Positions 26,301 to 41,300 of a stretch of DNA of 64,000 bases are shown piece after piece. Position 1 is the stretch's first letter. Every line of letters starts with the position of its first letter. Source of the DNA: Leptogorgia sarmentosa (lineage: Eukaryota); NCBI GenBank assembly GCA_964658305.1, contig OZ210885.1, positions 13,082,001 through 13,146,000 on the forward strand, written 5' to 3'. The position numbers were made by a program, and so were the translations under genes. A model generated the notes under the pieces. It ran no database searches. It was given only the letters and a program-made list of their open reading frames with translations, and was not told where the DNA came from.

Positions 26301-29300
26301 CACTTGCCAGCGAGCCTTGTGTAATCGAGAAACTATGCTAACTTATCTGAAATTATGAAAAATTTATATATGAAACAATTACGCTTATGAGACGCTTACT
26401 TGTATGAATCAAAAGTTCAGATGGCCTTGAAAATGCATCAAAGGTCAATCACAAGTATTCAAAAACAACATCCTATGCTAGTTTACAGCTAAGTAACAAT
26501 GATTATAATACGAATATAAAAGGTGAACTTTTATCAACAAAAGTAAGTCATGATGTATAAAACATTTGCGACATGCTAGAAAATGTGATCGTGAACCGTC
26601 TAGACATTCCCATGAAAAAGTTGGTTTATTTAATGAGCACAATTATAAGACAAAAGGCGTAGAATAAAAAGCTTAATTTCATTCAAAGATCATCATGTTG
26701 GTACAATTTTAATTTCTCTCTACAAGATACCACAAAAATGTGATTCAAAAACCTGCAAATACTAACATGTAGCAATTTCTGAAGCCTATACAAAGTTTTA
26801 TGCAAAGAATGATTGTCTCGAAACGAGTTTGACAATTGAAGACGACCTAAGAAGGATTATTCTTCCCAGAGCTGAAGTCGATATTTATGGACTATTGCTA
26901 ACTTAATCAAGTTAGCAATAGTCCATACTATACTCTGTTAATCGTTGGTTCTGATGACAAAATTGTAACTAGCAACTAAGCATGACAACTGCTGGTATAT
27001 AGCAGAATTAACCCTTGTCACTGTAACATATGCGGAAATAAATCAATTCATAAATACTCGTTCCGTTATCATAAAATAAATTACTTATCTTATCTTATCT
27101 TACTAATTTATTACTTAAATTTTCTGAATTTGTTATATACGTGCGGTAATACTGTTGTGTATTTTTGTTTTCCAGGCAGACTGTTATCTTATGAAGAGTA
27201 TCCGGGGATAAAGACGCTATTAGAGCAACTCCGTGCAACATGCACGGAGACTTGCCGTCTTATGCCGGAATTCTCATGTTTAGATCTTGGAGGCCCTGAA
27301 ATCTTTCGAAAAACGTTTGATTCAAGGGTATACTCATTAGCGACGTCCCATACTTCATCCGCTACTCTTGTAATTTGTGGTTTAAGGAATGGTTCAATCA
27401 CAATCTTTGATCTTGACACAGGTAGGTAACCGTGTGGTAACGTACTGTGGATAAAACTAATGGCAAGGTTTGGGGTTTTCAATAGTTTTTTTTTTCTTTT
27501 GACCGATCGTCGGTCCGGAAAAGGGATAAAACACAGATTCAATGCGCCGCTGCTTGTAATTGTAATTATATGTGCAACCATATCCTCACTCACATTTGAA
27601 AGAATCATCAGTTCTGAGTTATGCAAGTTGAGCGGCTGCGCGATATACGTGTATAAAAAACTGAGCATATTTGAAATCGCTCTCAATTTCGCAAAGTCAC
27701 TGGGGTGACGTTATTAATTAACAAAACTTTGCAGTGCAAAATCCCCACTTGTCAAGAAACGTTGTACTAGCCTTCAGCTTCAATTCTTTTTGTTAGCGCT
27801 GATAATGAACTAAATAGATAAAAAGTTTATTAAAGTACATGTTACATCGGAAATTTACGGCGCCATATATAATCTCATGGGGCTCACTGGCCACTGGCCT
27901 CAGGGCTCGTCCTATTATGCTTCGTATCACTCTAGTTAATGTGGTTATGCTTTGCTTCAGTTATATATCGGTTGTTCTCAGATTAATTACGTGCTTCTCT
28001 TTTCGGAATCGGCAAATAATTGATCCGCTCGCCAACGATAACTCGCGGTATTTCGTGCGACGTCGTCCAATAATTGATAGTAGGGACCTTAAAATCTACA
28101 ACGCCACAAACTCGACGACGGGGTCTAAATTTCAGCTTGAAAATGAGTGCTGACCTTTTTATGCTTGAAATAGTTGTTGGAATTTTTTCAAGAAACAGTT
28201 ACACCGGTTCAGCTAAAGCAATGGTGCAGTGTAAAATAAACCACTTTATACACACGTCATATTTCGCGCAAATAACTAGTAAGTATTAATAATATTACGC
28301 CATCCAAATCTCATTTCGTTACACGGATAATTATCCAAATTTTTTAGACCTGTAGCCACTGAGCTAAAGAAATACTGGAGAGAGTGCACGGCATCAAAAA
28401 GTGAAGCCAAAATTATGGCGTGGATTCATTCAAATCCACGCCACTGGTTCCTAATTTTCATTGGAGCACCACTGACCACAACTAACTTTGAGCCCACTAA
28501 GGATTTGTTTTGGCGAAAATATTTTGGTCTTTGCAAAGGATATTTCGGTTTTCTTCCTTTTTTGACATTCTGATATCATTTGATATATCATATCGTCTTG
28601 ATACCTTCAAGACGACTGAAGAAGTAGCGACATCTATTCTAGTTAGTTAAAAATGAAGCGACACAGATATTCAGACCTCGAAATTCCCATTTGAAACTTG
28701 AAAGGTAGTCGTTTTAGAAAATATTTTATTCAATTTTTTGCATAAAAAAGGATTACATTTACCTTTCTGGTTCAAATAACTCTGCTTTCTTATAAGGATT
28801 GTGAAACCTTTTCAGCCGTGCAAAAGTTCGGCCTTTATGTCTTGATTTTTTCAATATAGCTAAAAACAAAATTTCGGCTTTTTTTTACAAAAACAAAGAG
28901 GGAAAATCGTCGGTCGGAAACATGAGACCGCTGTTGGTCAGTGGAAATTATATGAGAAATAAGAACCAGTGGCGTCAGCAACGGAAAATCCGTCATGTTT
29001 TTGGCTTAACCCCTTTGTATGGAAAAAGTCGAGCGCACTCTCTCCAGTAATATTATATCTCAGTGACTGTAGCCCACTGCCCCGGTTTTTGAGAAAAGTT
29101 TCAGTTTTGGAAGCTGAGAAATTGAATTGCAGCGTATATATTATGACTCTATTTTAAACATCTTCATACATGCCTTTTTAGCTAAACAAAAGCTTTGATC
29201 TTGGTTATTCATTGAAACGAGAATATAGTTAATATGCAGTTGTTATGTGTGAGGGAACAAAGGTTAAAGTAAAGTTTTTGTCTGCAACATATTAATAAAA

Positions 29301-32300
29301 CTATAAAAATCAATTCGGACAGAGTGACATATTATTTCTTCTAAACAATAAAACATACAATTATTAAGAAATCGTGTGCATAAATGATATCTGCCAATTT
29401 TAAAATGTGAAAGTTCAGTAATTACAAATACAAGTAGGACAACATTCCTGTGCAATCATTGGTACTCACTGTATAGAATATTTCCTGTTTATAGCTTCAT
29501 GCATGCTTTCCAATTATCTACTTTCTGTTCTACCACCAACATCAGCCACTAAATTTTAAACACTAGTAAATATATTATAAGTTTCAGTAAACTGTTCGGC
29601 ATTGACCGTTACTCTACCACTTTATCGAGGCAACAGGGTAGCGAGTCTTACCGGTAGCGAGTCTTACCCAAGCGTTCAAGTTGGCTCGATACCTATATCT
29701 ATGGACTTGCACAACAAAGATGAGGGCATACTTTTATGAAATCCCAAGAAGTAACGAATGAAAACACACGCCTGTAAAACACGCCACAGTAAATTCCGCA
29801 AAATTACAGTTATTTTGTTTTTATTATTGAAGATCGTTTCGGTGTTTGTTTATCGCTTATATAGTTGTTTAAGTTGCTATAGGGACGTAATAGTAAAAAT
29901 GGAAGTTAGCGGTGTAAACAGAGTGTAGCTGATGGGATAGTTAATGTAGTTACTTATCTCAATCATTTATTTTATCGCCGCAATGTTTTGAAGAATACTG
30001 CCAATGTAGTAACGATGTGAGTGAAAATTACCTATTACACCTTTTATGTACGTGCTATCTTATTTTATAAACAGGGAGAGAAGTTCAACAACTACAGGGA
30101 CATTCCAGGGTAGTTAGCTGTTTGGCTGTGTCACAAAGTGGAGCAATACTAGCGTCAGGGTCGTGGGACCAAAGTACAATCCTTTGGAGAATGGATAATT
30201 ATGAACTGCTTTTTGTGTTCCAAGGGGAGCGTTATGTTAATGCCCTGGATTTCAGTGCAGATGATCAGCGAGTGTTTATAGGAAGATACGATGGTAAGCA
30301 TCTTAAACACAAATCAAACTAGGATATCAAAATGTTGTTCAGAATAGGTAAACGAAAATTTGCATAAACGTTTTCTCGACTTCCGCTCTGCTTAAAAGTT
30401 AGTATTAAAGTGCGCGAGTTTCGATAAGAAATAAGATTTTGCTGACGTGTACGGATTTAACGGTTCTGAAGAAACGCCAGCAACGATGCCATTGGAGAAA
30501 AAATTAAATCCTTTTCATATTATGTTTGTCAAATAACTCCGCAAATGATGATACTTTCGGAAATATGTTATTCAATATTGGAATACGTTAATTTATTAAA
30601 TTAAAATAATTATTTTTTCTTCAAATAAAAATGCTTGAAAGTACGATTACAAAATGTTTGTTTTAGTAGCAAATTCAGCGGCGTAAATCTCCAGTGTCGG
30701 CCCTCGGTTGAACTCTTGTGGATGGCCTCTTAGTTATACCTCTTAGCTTCACATTTTTACTATGCTAACTCTACGAAATATTCTCCTGAATTCTGCATAT
30801 GATATGCATTTTAATTCTGCTATTTCTTATCGAACATATTATAGCTATTTAACATCTCTTCTGCTTCAATTATACCCAAAAGGCAAAAACGTTCGGTAAA
30901 AAGAAGCACACTGAAATAAGTTCCTATAAAGCAGAAACAATGACAACAGTAAAAGTTTGACTGTAATATTTATAACTATTAATATACTGTCAACATCCAA
31001 GCACAATTTAAAAGCCAACAAAATTGTTTCAGCTAGCTACCAAGGGCGTCAATCCTGGGGGGGAGGGGGGGGGGGACTGGACGAATATCAAATTGTCCCC
31101 CCCCCCACTTTTTATCATGTTTAAAAAAAATTTTTTTTGGTAATGTGTGCCCATGCATGCCTGTATGCTATACATCGTGAATTGTGAAGTACAATCAACA
31201 ATCTGAGATCAGAATAAAACTATTCGGAGCCTTCGAATAGTTCTGCGAATGAAATGCTAATTGGAAAGGCAATGGACCTCTGCCACGTACACTTTCAAAT
31301 TTGCTTTTGTTCTTATTGATCATTTTATGTACAATTGATATAATTGTTAAAGAAATCATTTCATTTGCGATTCAAATCTTTATTGTTTTATTGAAAATAA
31401 TACGTATTCGAATAATACACATTCGACATCGACAAAAAATTCTCATATAATTTAGACAAGAAATTCGGCGGAATTATTTTAGTAAAAATCGTTCCCAGGA
31501 CGCTGAAAATGGTATTTGTGCATGATGTTTCAAATTTCAAAATTTTTTGGGGAAGATTGCCACCAGACCCTTCAAGAAAGGGGCACGTTTCATTACTATT
31601 TTACAACAGACAGATTTTTGCGCCCCCCCCCCCCCGCCATATAGGCGTACGAGGCGGGGGGACAAGGCGGGCAACTGCCCCCCAAAAATAATGTCAACAA
31701 TCCTCCAGTCGTTCACCTGATCGAACGTACCAAGTAAGTGTAGTTAGGACTCTGAAATCGCCGTTTACGGCAATCCAGAGGTTGTAAAAGTTCAAAAATT
31801 TCTCGCTCGGCGCCAACCATGGTGGCGCCTCGTGACATTCGCTACCCTCAAATTCGGGCAAAGATCTTTCTGTCCTCTCCCTGAAGAAATGTAGCTCGTA
31901 CGCTTAAGGTCCCCCCCACTTTTTGGAACGGATTGACGCCCTTGCTAGCTACTGAATGATATCAAACATTTTTTGTTAACTTCGAACTTTTTTGCATCTT
32001 CAGTTTCAATAAAAATTATTTGAATTTCATATTAGCCACGGCCCTGAAGAAACCTCTTCCCAGGGCCCCCGGCCAGGTTCGGCCCCTAGTAGTTACGCCA
32101 CTGTGTACATCGCTATTTACTAAAAAAAATGGCTTCACATTTTAATACAAGAACATTTATGAGGGGGGTTGATGCATATCGTTTTAATTCTTGGGTTTCA
32201 CGTAACGTTCCATATTTGAGTTGGAGTACACTCTAAATAGCGACGCAGTCATCACAGTGAGTTATATATTCACTGTATGTATTCAACTTGTGCTTCGTAG

Positions 32301-35300
32301 CGAATATGTGAAATTCAGAAACATTTCGTCAGTTTCGTGCAGCATAATCGTTAATACATTTTAGAAAAAATGTATTACTTACAAAAAGTACTCTTTCTCT
32401 CCAACACCATATTAATTTAGGTCGAATTCGCCCTATGACAATAATTGCCTGGGGGGGCGGGGTGGGGGGTGAAATTCCTGGGACACCTGTCGTGTGTTTT
32501 ATGTCGTGTGCGAATAAACCAGAAGTGAGTTTATCCAAGAGTGAAAAACATACGAATACGCACCCTACGTAATCAAAGGCATGTTTTCCACATGTTTCAG
32601 ACTATTGCGCAACCTGATTTATCCTGTTTTAGTAAATGCCGTGCGCGTGCGGAAATTTTTGACAATTGCAAAAAAGCTTCTAGAAATGTTATTATATGTG
32701 CAAATAACACGAACATAAAACAGGTTTCATGAATATGCTGCTTCAGGGAGAAATAAGAACATGGATTTCAACATATTGGACTCTGTTTTTCTCAGATAGA
32801 TGCTAATGCCTTACGTTTATCTTTATTTTTTTTGTGTTGTGTTTTAACTAGCATGCGACCCACCGTTCGAAAGATAATTTTATTAGGATTTCAACGGTGT
32901 TTGTCTTTATTCGTGCGGTATATACTCAGTGAAAAAAAAAAGAATTAAAAATTTGTATTTCAACTTTCGGAAACGGGTTGGAGAGAAAGAGAGCTCGTTC
33001 TTAATCCGTCGTACATTTCAACCATTTTACCTGAATTCGTACCTGTAACCTGTTGTACATAATCGACTACATTTGAAAACAAAGTATATTTTCATTATTT
33101 TGAACGAAGCCCAACTGCCATACATGGCCCTTGCTTTACGGTTGTAACTTTCACGATCTGTAACCAAGTTTTACCAACAGTACCACTGGCATGGATGCCC
33201 TGTACAATGCATACAATTTGACAACAATGTAGCTATGGTAGAGGGTTGGTTTATGAAATTTACAAACGGCATCGTATCGTGTGATTGGACCATGTTCACT
33301 AATTCTTTTTGTGCTTGATGCCAGGAACAGCAGTTTTACAACGTAGCTGTAGTAAAATGATTTCCTGGGAAAACCAGATACGTCTGTTTTAGTAGCACCT
33401 CTCAACCTTCGCCAAAAGTAAAAATTGTTCATATTCAAACAATAATTGCAACAGCTGGTTTGAGGATTCCAGCGACTGCGTATCTTCAAACCAGCGGTTA
33501 ACTGTAAACGTCGTGTAGAGCGCAGTGAAACGCAGTGTAAAAACATAAGTCAGCAACAGCCAGAGCATGTTCAGCGCCGGAGAGGGACACAATTAAAAAC
33601 AAGATTTCACAAAATCGTCTAGAGTTAGACATTATTGAAATATCAGTCTGACGAGTATCCATCATGCGTTGTAGGGCTGAAAGTGTATTGTGTATCTACC
33701 GGAGAAAACCTGTCAACAAGTATTCCTGAGAAAGTCAGGTCGCTGTGTACGACCAAAGATGGACAGTTCATTGCTACTGTTGGTCGTGTTAGATCACGTC
33801 CTGACGAGACTATCAAGTTGTGGAAAGCCGATACACTAAATTTTGAGGCCAGTTTGGTTGGCCATACAGATTGGGTGACATGTGTTGTCGCAACAGGTAT
33901 GCAATACTGTATGAGTTAATATTTCATAACATTTTTAAGATCTTACTTCAATAGAGTCTCTTCAGAATTATATTTGTTATTTCTTTCGGATAAAACATAT
34001 TCTTTATTATAAACTTCCTTAATGGTTCAATAAAGCAATGATTGGAGGGGAATATCATGTTTTGGAATAAATTTTCCCAATTATTGCACAAAAATACCTG
34101 CTTGCAACAGCATTCTAATATTGTAATGAAAAATTATGCCTAGAAAGAAAGCAATGTTAGTTAGTATGGTGGTAACCAGTGCTTTCATGTACAAGCACTA
34201 TTTTAGGACTTTCTGATTTCTTTCAAATTTTTAGGCTGGTTGTATTTGTATATGCTAAGAGTATTTTAAAATGGCTATTAGATTTATCTATGCTAGCTTT
34301 CTAAAATTACTTTGAGACAATTTGCTTGTGTGTATATTTCAACTGATTACCCTGTGTCCCAGACCTTAATGTATAAATTGTAATACTGTACAAGTAGATT
34401 CAAAAGACTTGGCATTTCTTTGGCATGAATTGACGGATGAAAGCCAACATGAATGTTATTTATAAAGTAATATTGTTTTAGATATACTGTCCATTGCCAA
34501 GGTATATAGCCAGGTGTCGTTTGACTTACCTTGTCCATCTTCACCTCAGACCCTTTTATTCCAACAGACAAAAATGATATAGTTTGACCTGTTTTTATAG
34601 TTTGACGTACTGTTCAGTACTGTTACACTCTGGTTATGAGTAATTGCACCGACGCAGAGTTCTTACGATCTTTCATTAGACTTTTCCGTAACTTTATGTA
34701 CCGTACATAGTATGGATATAGGTTGAAATAGCAATTATAAATTTGGGTACTCGAATATGTCCTCAGGAAAAAACGTTTTAGACTTTTTAGAGATTAAACT
34801 TCGCTCTGACACTTATATTATCATAAAATTTTAAAATAACTTCAACAAACTTTTAGAACTTTGAGGCCCAAATTAAATGTTGATTACGACTGCGTATTTC
34901 TTATGTATTTTTATTAAACGAGAAGGAAATTTGTTTTGTATAAAATCCAACTAAACACGTATTGCGAAATTAACTATTCGAGCAGCTTCAAGAAAGACTA
35001 CCGTATTTCCTCTATTTAGCCCCTTGGGGGATATTTATGTTTTCTGCTTTCAGGTGGCCGCTTGACTGATGAGGGGACTAAGTAGATGGTGGGGGCTTAA
35101 TAAATTTTCACCCAAATTTGGTACCGTAAATATACTAATTCACACAACACATCCAGAATATCAATTAACTTCATTACGCATTAAAAATAAAGGAACGAAA
35201 GTTTTTTTTCATAAATGTTTTGCTTGATTCTCAGCCGAATTGAACCAAAATGTAATCATCTCTTCCTTGTGTAATGGAAAACAACTGTGCAAGATGTTCG

Positions 35301-38300
35301 ATATTTCACAAACAAACCAGGATGATTATACATAACCTCCTCGCGGTCGTAATGAGCTTTAACATTATGCAAAACTAACTGGAAGAATGATGTTACTTTG
35401 CACAATTCATTCGTGATCATGACTATTGTACGTGCCAGACGGTTCGCCCATATTTTGAGTATTTCAAATTTTATCCTGACACATTGGAATTTCTTTTTGC
35501 GTCAATTTCTCTTCAATATCCTAACGGTACCAACAAAATAAACTTTCGGTATTCTACTACTGTAGAATCCATTGCCTGGACTTGCAGAATGCATATATAA
35601 AAAATTCTCCTGTCAGCGATCGAGTTATTGAATATATTTAGGATATCATGTACTTTGCTTTCCCTTGTTTTTTTGTGCCAGTTCGACTAAAGTGCGAAGT
35701 TTCTCTTTTAGATTCAGGAAAAAACAATCCAATGCTCGTGTCTGGTTCACACGATGGGATAATAAAAATTTGGGATTTAAAAACGTATCAGGAAATTCGT
35801 ACCCTTGACGTTCGATCTCGTGTTTCCAGTATTGCTGTGAGCGATGATAAAAAGTATATTATCTCTGGAGACGATGAAGGAAGTGTGAGGTTGTGGTGTT
35901 TCCACACTGGAAAGTGCCTTTCCTGTTATAAAAGTCATACCAAGTACATCAGGTGGGTTCACTCTAGCAGCTATATCTAATTTAGCGAAAGGATCGTTAT
36001 GCAGGCAAGGCAACAACGAAGACCCGATACATAACATTAAGCTTAACATACAACACATTCTGTTTTGTGTAATTGTATTAATTTATTACGATATTTAACA
36101 GTCACACTTAGACGTACTGCTTCTTGAAATCGGTTATTGATGAATTGAAAAGATAGCGAAGATGAACGCCATGAAAGTAATTTTCAATCATCCATTTGTT
36201 CGCAACGCTACAAGAATTTCTATTTATTACACTAATATACTATTTGGCTTCTCGCTATAGTCGTGCTTATTTGCAATGGACGACTTGGGCTTTAGAAAGA
36301 TTTTAATGAGGGATAAACGTAGGAAATTCAATAATCTGACAGAGGTCGTCTTTGCCTTTTTTCGGTAGAAATAATTATTATTAGAAATAAACAATCAACT
36401 TGTAATATTTCAGCGGTGTTGCAATAATTCCCAATGCAAAGAAGGCATTGACAGCGTCACTGGATAAAAGTATCAGGGTTTGGAACATGGGAACTGCTGC
36501 GTACATGGAACAAAACTGTCTCTTTGATCATTCAAATGACGTCACAGATATTAAAATGTCTCGTGATGACTGTAGATGGGTTTCCGCATCAAGCGATGGA
36601 ACTTTCAAAGTTTGGAATCTTCACACACAGTGCTTTTCTGTCACAGGTATAGTTCAAATGGTACTAATTGTCTATTTGGGCCAGCTTTCTTATAAATAGG
36701 TTGCGGACGATCTCGTTTTCATTTCATTTCAGCAAATTCATTTTCATTTTACTAAATTCATATTAACCTAGCCTCGACCTTGTTAATTTTTGTGCTTCAA
36801 GTACTGTACCATGTTCAAAAACTACTATTTTTACGTAGAACAAATTTACCTGGAAATTCAAATCTTGTAGATACTCGTGTATAATTAGCAAATCGAAATA
36901 GTTAATGAGAAACGTTCTTGTCTGCAACGCTCTGCACTGATATGAAGACAGAAAACCGGTGGTTAAGTACAGTTGAATGGATAGCAAGCTTTCGTAGATT
37001 AATTAGGCCTACGTTAATTGCCTTTCGATTTGTATTGGCGACTGTCTAAGATGGAAAGAGAATACATAGAGATTGGCGGCTACTTCACGGTTGGCGAGTG
37101 CGTACGATTTTTATTTAACAATTGTGATGGATCGCTAAATAAATGAGTGAGCGCAGTGAACGAGTGAGCTTAGCGATCACAACGAGTAAATTATAGCGGT
37201 ACAAACGAGCAACTGTGAAGTTATTTGTTTATTACAGGAGTATATAAAGAAGAGTGTAGAGATACGGAATATTTGATACTAAAAGGCAACAATGACAAAC
37301 ACAACGCAAGCAAAATATCAAGATGTAAAATTTCTCACCACTTATTGCAAAGTGGTTTTTTGCCTTGAACAGTGGATAGTTGCACAATCATTTCTCTTAT
37401 GGTTGAAATATGTCGATAAGAAGTCTTGGAAAGGATTTAACGTGAAGTTACAGGGTTTCACATAAAGCGTATCACGGTTGTTGTGCAGTTTCAGTGTGCG
37501 TTTCCAGTCCATTCTTTTGATAGTTTATGGTCTAGTCCGCTAGAATAAGGATCAATATGCGACCCGTGTAGGTCCCGGATATAAGAACATCAACAAGCAG
37601 CAAAAGTTCTACTTACTACCTAAACGTTAGAAAACAAATTCACTGCCTATCGTTCGGTTGTTGAGTAGAACTTTTGCTGCTTGTTAAAGTATCCAGTTAT
37701 ATTAGATACAGTATTTAATCCACTCCTCAAGATTTTTCTTTTCATTGTATATAAATCCTTAAATAGCAAACCTTTCTGCATTAATTTTAATAACGCGTCC
37801 AACCTGATCATCATTTGTGACTGTTACAGAAAATATCCTTTTGATGTTTACTTTAATTTCTGAATTGATTATTTTTTCCTTCCTGATCAATAGGTGACCT
37901 TAAATGGGCAAAACATGTTGCAGTCTCTGCTGATGATCAATATGTCGTGTCGCTGTCAAATAATGGGAATATCTCCGGGTTCTCGACGAAGTCCTCGATA
38001 AAGGTATAATACACAAGGCTACTAGTCATACTGTGCATATAAAAATACAAAACAACAGAAACATCCAAACACAAGAAATTTTTTGAATTGTTTGTTCCAC
38101 GTTTCGACTCGGCGTATTCATTATTAGGAATGTATACAATTTTTACAAATCATTCATGAATAAAACACAGACGAAATCATCAGCATGCAGGTGTCAGTAT
38201 ATGTAATACGCAGATTTCGGTTGATTGGCATAAACTATAACTTTGATTTTCTGATGCTATATCAGATGTCTTCTTAAAATTAAAATCAGATCCTGAAAAT

Positions 38301-41300
38301 CGAAGGCATGGACTAGAAACTCTTATCATTTATAGACCCGGAGCGAGGGGCATTCGGCGTAATATTTTCTAAAAAATCACACTATCACGTGGTACAAATG
38401 CTGTTTTTTCATTGCACAATTTGAATTTGAGGTATAATATTGGCTTAAACTGCCCGACATCCGCGTTTTGCGCTTTGTTTTGAAACCTGTAACTTCACAT
38501 TTAATCCATTCCAGGACTACGTACTGACATATTTTAAACCGGAACCGAAAGAAATATACATTTATATAATAATACATATAAGAAAACATAAGAATGACCA
38601 TTTGAAGAAGTTATATTTTAATATTAAAAATAGTCTAGGAAAATTGTATATCAGTATATGGATTCGAGCATTGAAGCATTGACTTTCATAAACAGCTTCA
38701 AATTTCGACAGATTCAGTAAGTTACTAATTTACCATGTGTTATGGAATGGATTCTCAAGCAAGATTTAAGATAAACTATACATCAACTTCATTCAGACCT
38801 GTATGATGACCGTTTCAGGTCAACGTACACATAACCCATGATAGATAATATTTGAAGTATGAATATGTGACCAGTGTAGGTAGCAGATGGCAACGTCAAC
38901 AAGAAATAAAGGTCAGCTACTCATTACCTATATGGAATACAAACGGATTTGACGTTTCCAGCAAAGGGGCCCTCGTCGGGAATCAGTGTAACACAATATT
39001 CGATCCCAGCGGAGGGCCTTTGCTCGAAACGTAAAATCTGTTAAATTATTTAGGTAGTGAGTAGACTCTTTGCTGCCTGTTAATAATGCAACTGGCAACA
39101 CAACTGATTATTATAATACAACTTTTATTTGTATTGTATAGTTAGATAATCTGCAACCAGATTAACCCGATCGTAAAATATCGCATTACTAAAATCCCCA
39201 CCAAATTTGTCATCTATATACGGGAAAAATACTTACTACCTATTTTGTCTTGCTGGAAGACCCAGCAACAACTTACTGAATGCTGAAGTTCTGTCATGTA
39301 CGAGTTTACCTATTCGTGATGCGACATAGATATATATTGTTCAGGATCGGTATCTATAGTTATGTATAATTGACATTTGATATAATCCAATTAATATGAC
39401 GCTCGAGATAATCCTGTATATAATCGATGACTAGATGGGGCAAGAATCGTGGAAAAATTCATTGTGGACAACGCATGCGTAAATAGTAATACCTGTCAAC
39501 TGGTGGAATTTCAACTCCCCCCGCTCGTGTAGTGAAGGAAGTCTCATGCAGTAACAATTTATAACGTTCCTGTAACGAGATGGTTGTTCACATGTAAGAT
39601 TGCGCTATCCACTGAATAACTACATTAGTGAACAAACCAATTCCCGAGGAAGGACGTTTCATCGAAACGTTAAATCTGTTTCTATCGTTTAGGTGGTGAG
39701 CAAGACAGTTGCTCTTAGTTGAATTTCTTGAAACAACCCGTTAAAACTGTGTCGCGAAAAAAACTTAAATATTTTTAAGTTGAATATTCTTTTTTGCCAA
39801 TTGCCTACTCCCTATCTGCGATTTTATAGCTTTCCGAGCATTTTAACAACGGTTGAAATATTTGCTAACAAGTACATGATACAGTTCAGATAGGACTGTA
39901 TGTATATATGTCGGGGAAAAAGGTTGACATTAGGGGTTAAAATTAGAGATGAGGTGACTGCCATATAAGGAGTTGTTATTGTCTTGTTATTGGGAATATG
40001 TGTTAACTGTGAGTGATTTGGGAGAGTAAAAATAAAATAAAACCAAGATATAACGTGTGATTCTACTCTTATTGTGGGGATCGAACCATAAATCTACCAC
40101 AAAGGGCACCTCCGACGGAATTAACGCAATAAACGGGATATTGTGACAAATGTAAAACGGGATATTTTACACAACAATCGAGTTAGAGCAGAATTACGCG
40201 GTATATGTAAATAAATACAGAGATCGAGATGATAACACGGCAATCGCGAAACGACGGCACAGCACAAGGAGAACAAACCAATGCACAAAACGACATCGAG
40301 ATAACAGAAGCCAATTTCAAATCGTTATTGAGAAAGCTTGCTTATTTTAACCGATCTACGGCTGAGGCTCTAGAAAGTGAGTACGGAAGTGACAAAATAA
40401 ACAGACAATATACTTTGCTTAAAACCAAGCTGGACGAAGCGTACGATTTAATACAAACTATACAAGGTTTAAAGTTAGATTCCAACGAGAGCGACGAAGC
40501 AACCGATCAATGGACTCAGGAAAGGAAATTACAAGTGCAACCCTATGCAAATGCGGTCGAAAAGCTCATCGAAAGGCTAAACCATGACGAAAGTATACGC
40601 AAGGAAAAGGCTCGTCACGACAAGCTAAAAGAGGAATCTATTATTCGAGACTGGATGAGGCAAGAAGAGCAGGAAGCAGAGAACAATAAAAGAATTCGTG
40701 AGGAAAAATTCGCTTTACAACTCGAGGAAAAGAAATTGGAAATAGCAGAAAAGAAACGCGTGAAACCGAAACTACCAGATTTGCAAATATCCAAGTTCCA
40801 AGGAACACATCTTGACTGGGTAAGATTTTGGAGTCTTTTTTCAACTCAAATTGATCAAACATCCATTCCAGATGAAGCCAAGTTTTCGTATTTGAAGGAA
40901 CTTGTCATACCCAAGGTACGTGCAACAATTGAGAAATTACCAGCTGACGGTGTAGGGTATAAGAAAGCCACAGAATTCTTAGAACAAAGATATGGTGACT
41001 CTAGTGAAGTAGTGAATGCCCATATTCAGGAGATAATGTCATTGCCAATTATTACTGGAACTTCAAGACCCAAGATACACAATTTTTACGATAACCTTTT
41101 GGGACATGTTCAAGCGTTGGAAACACTCGGGAAATTGGAACAGGTTACCGGTAATGTGCGAATGACCTTGGACAAATTAGTGGGTATTCGAGCTGATCTA
41201 ATTAGAACTGAAAGAGACTGGAAGAAATGGACTTTTACGGAACTTGTGGAAGCTTTACGTCAATGGGTAGAGCGCAATCCCCTACAACCTGGAGATAAAG

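Noticed and set aside
26188..26333. CRISPR or structured-RNA array
   Set aside because: Only two adjacent near-identical 76-bp units; a simple tandem duplication.
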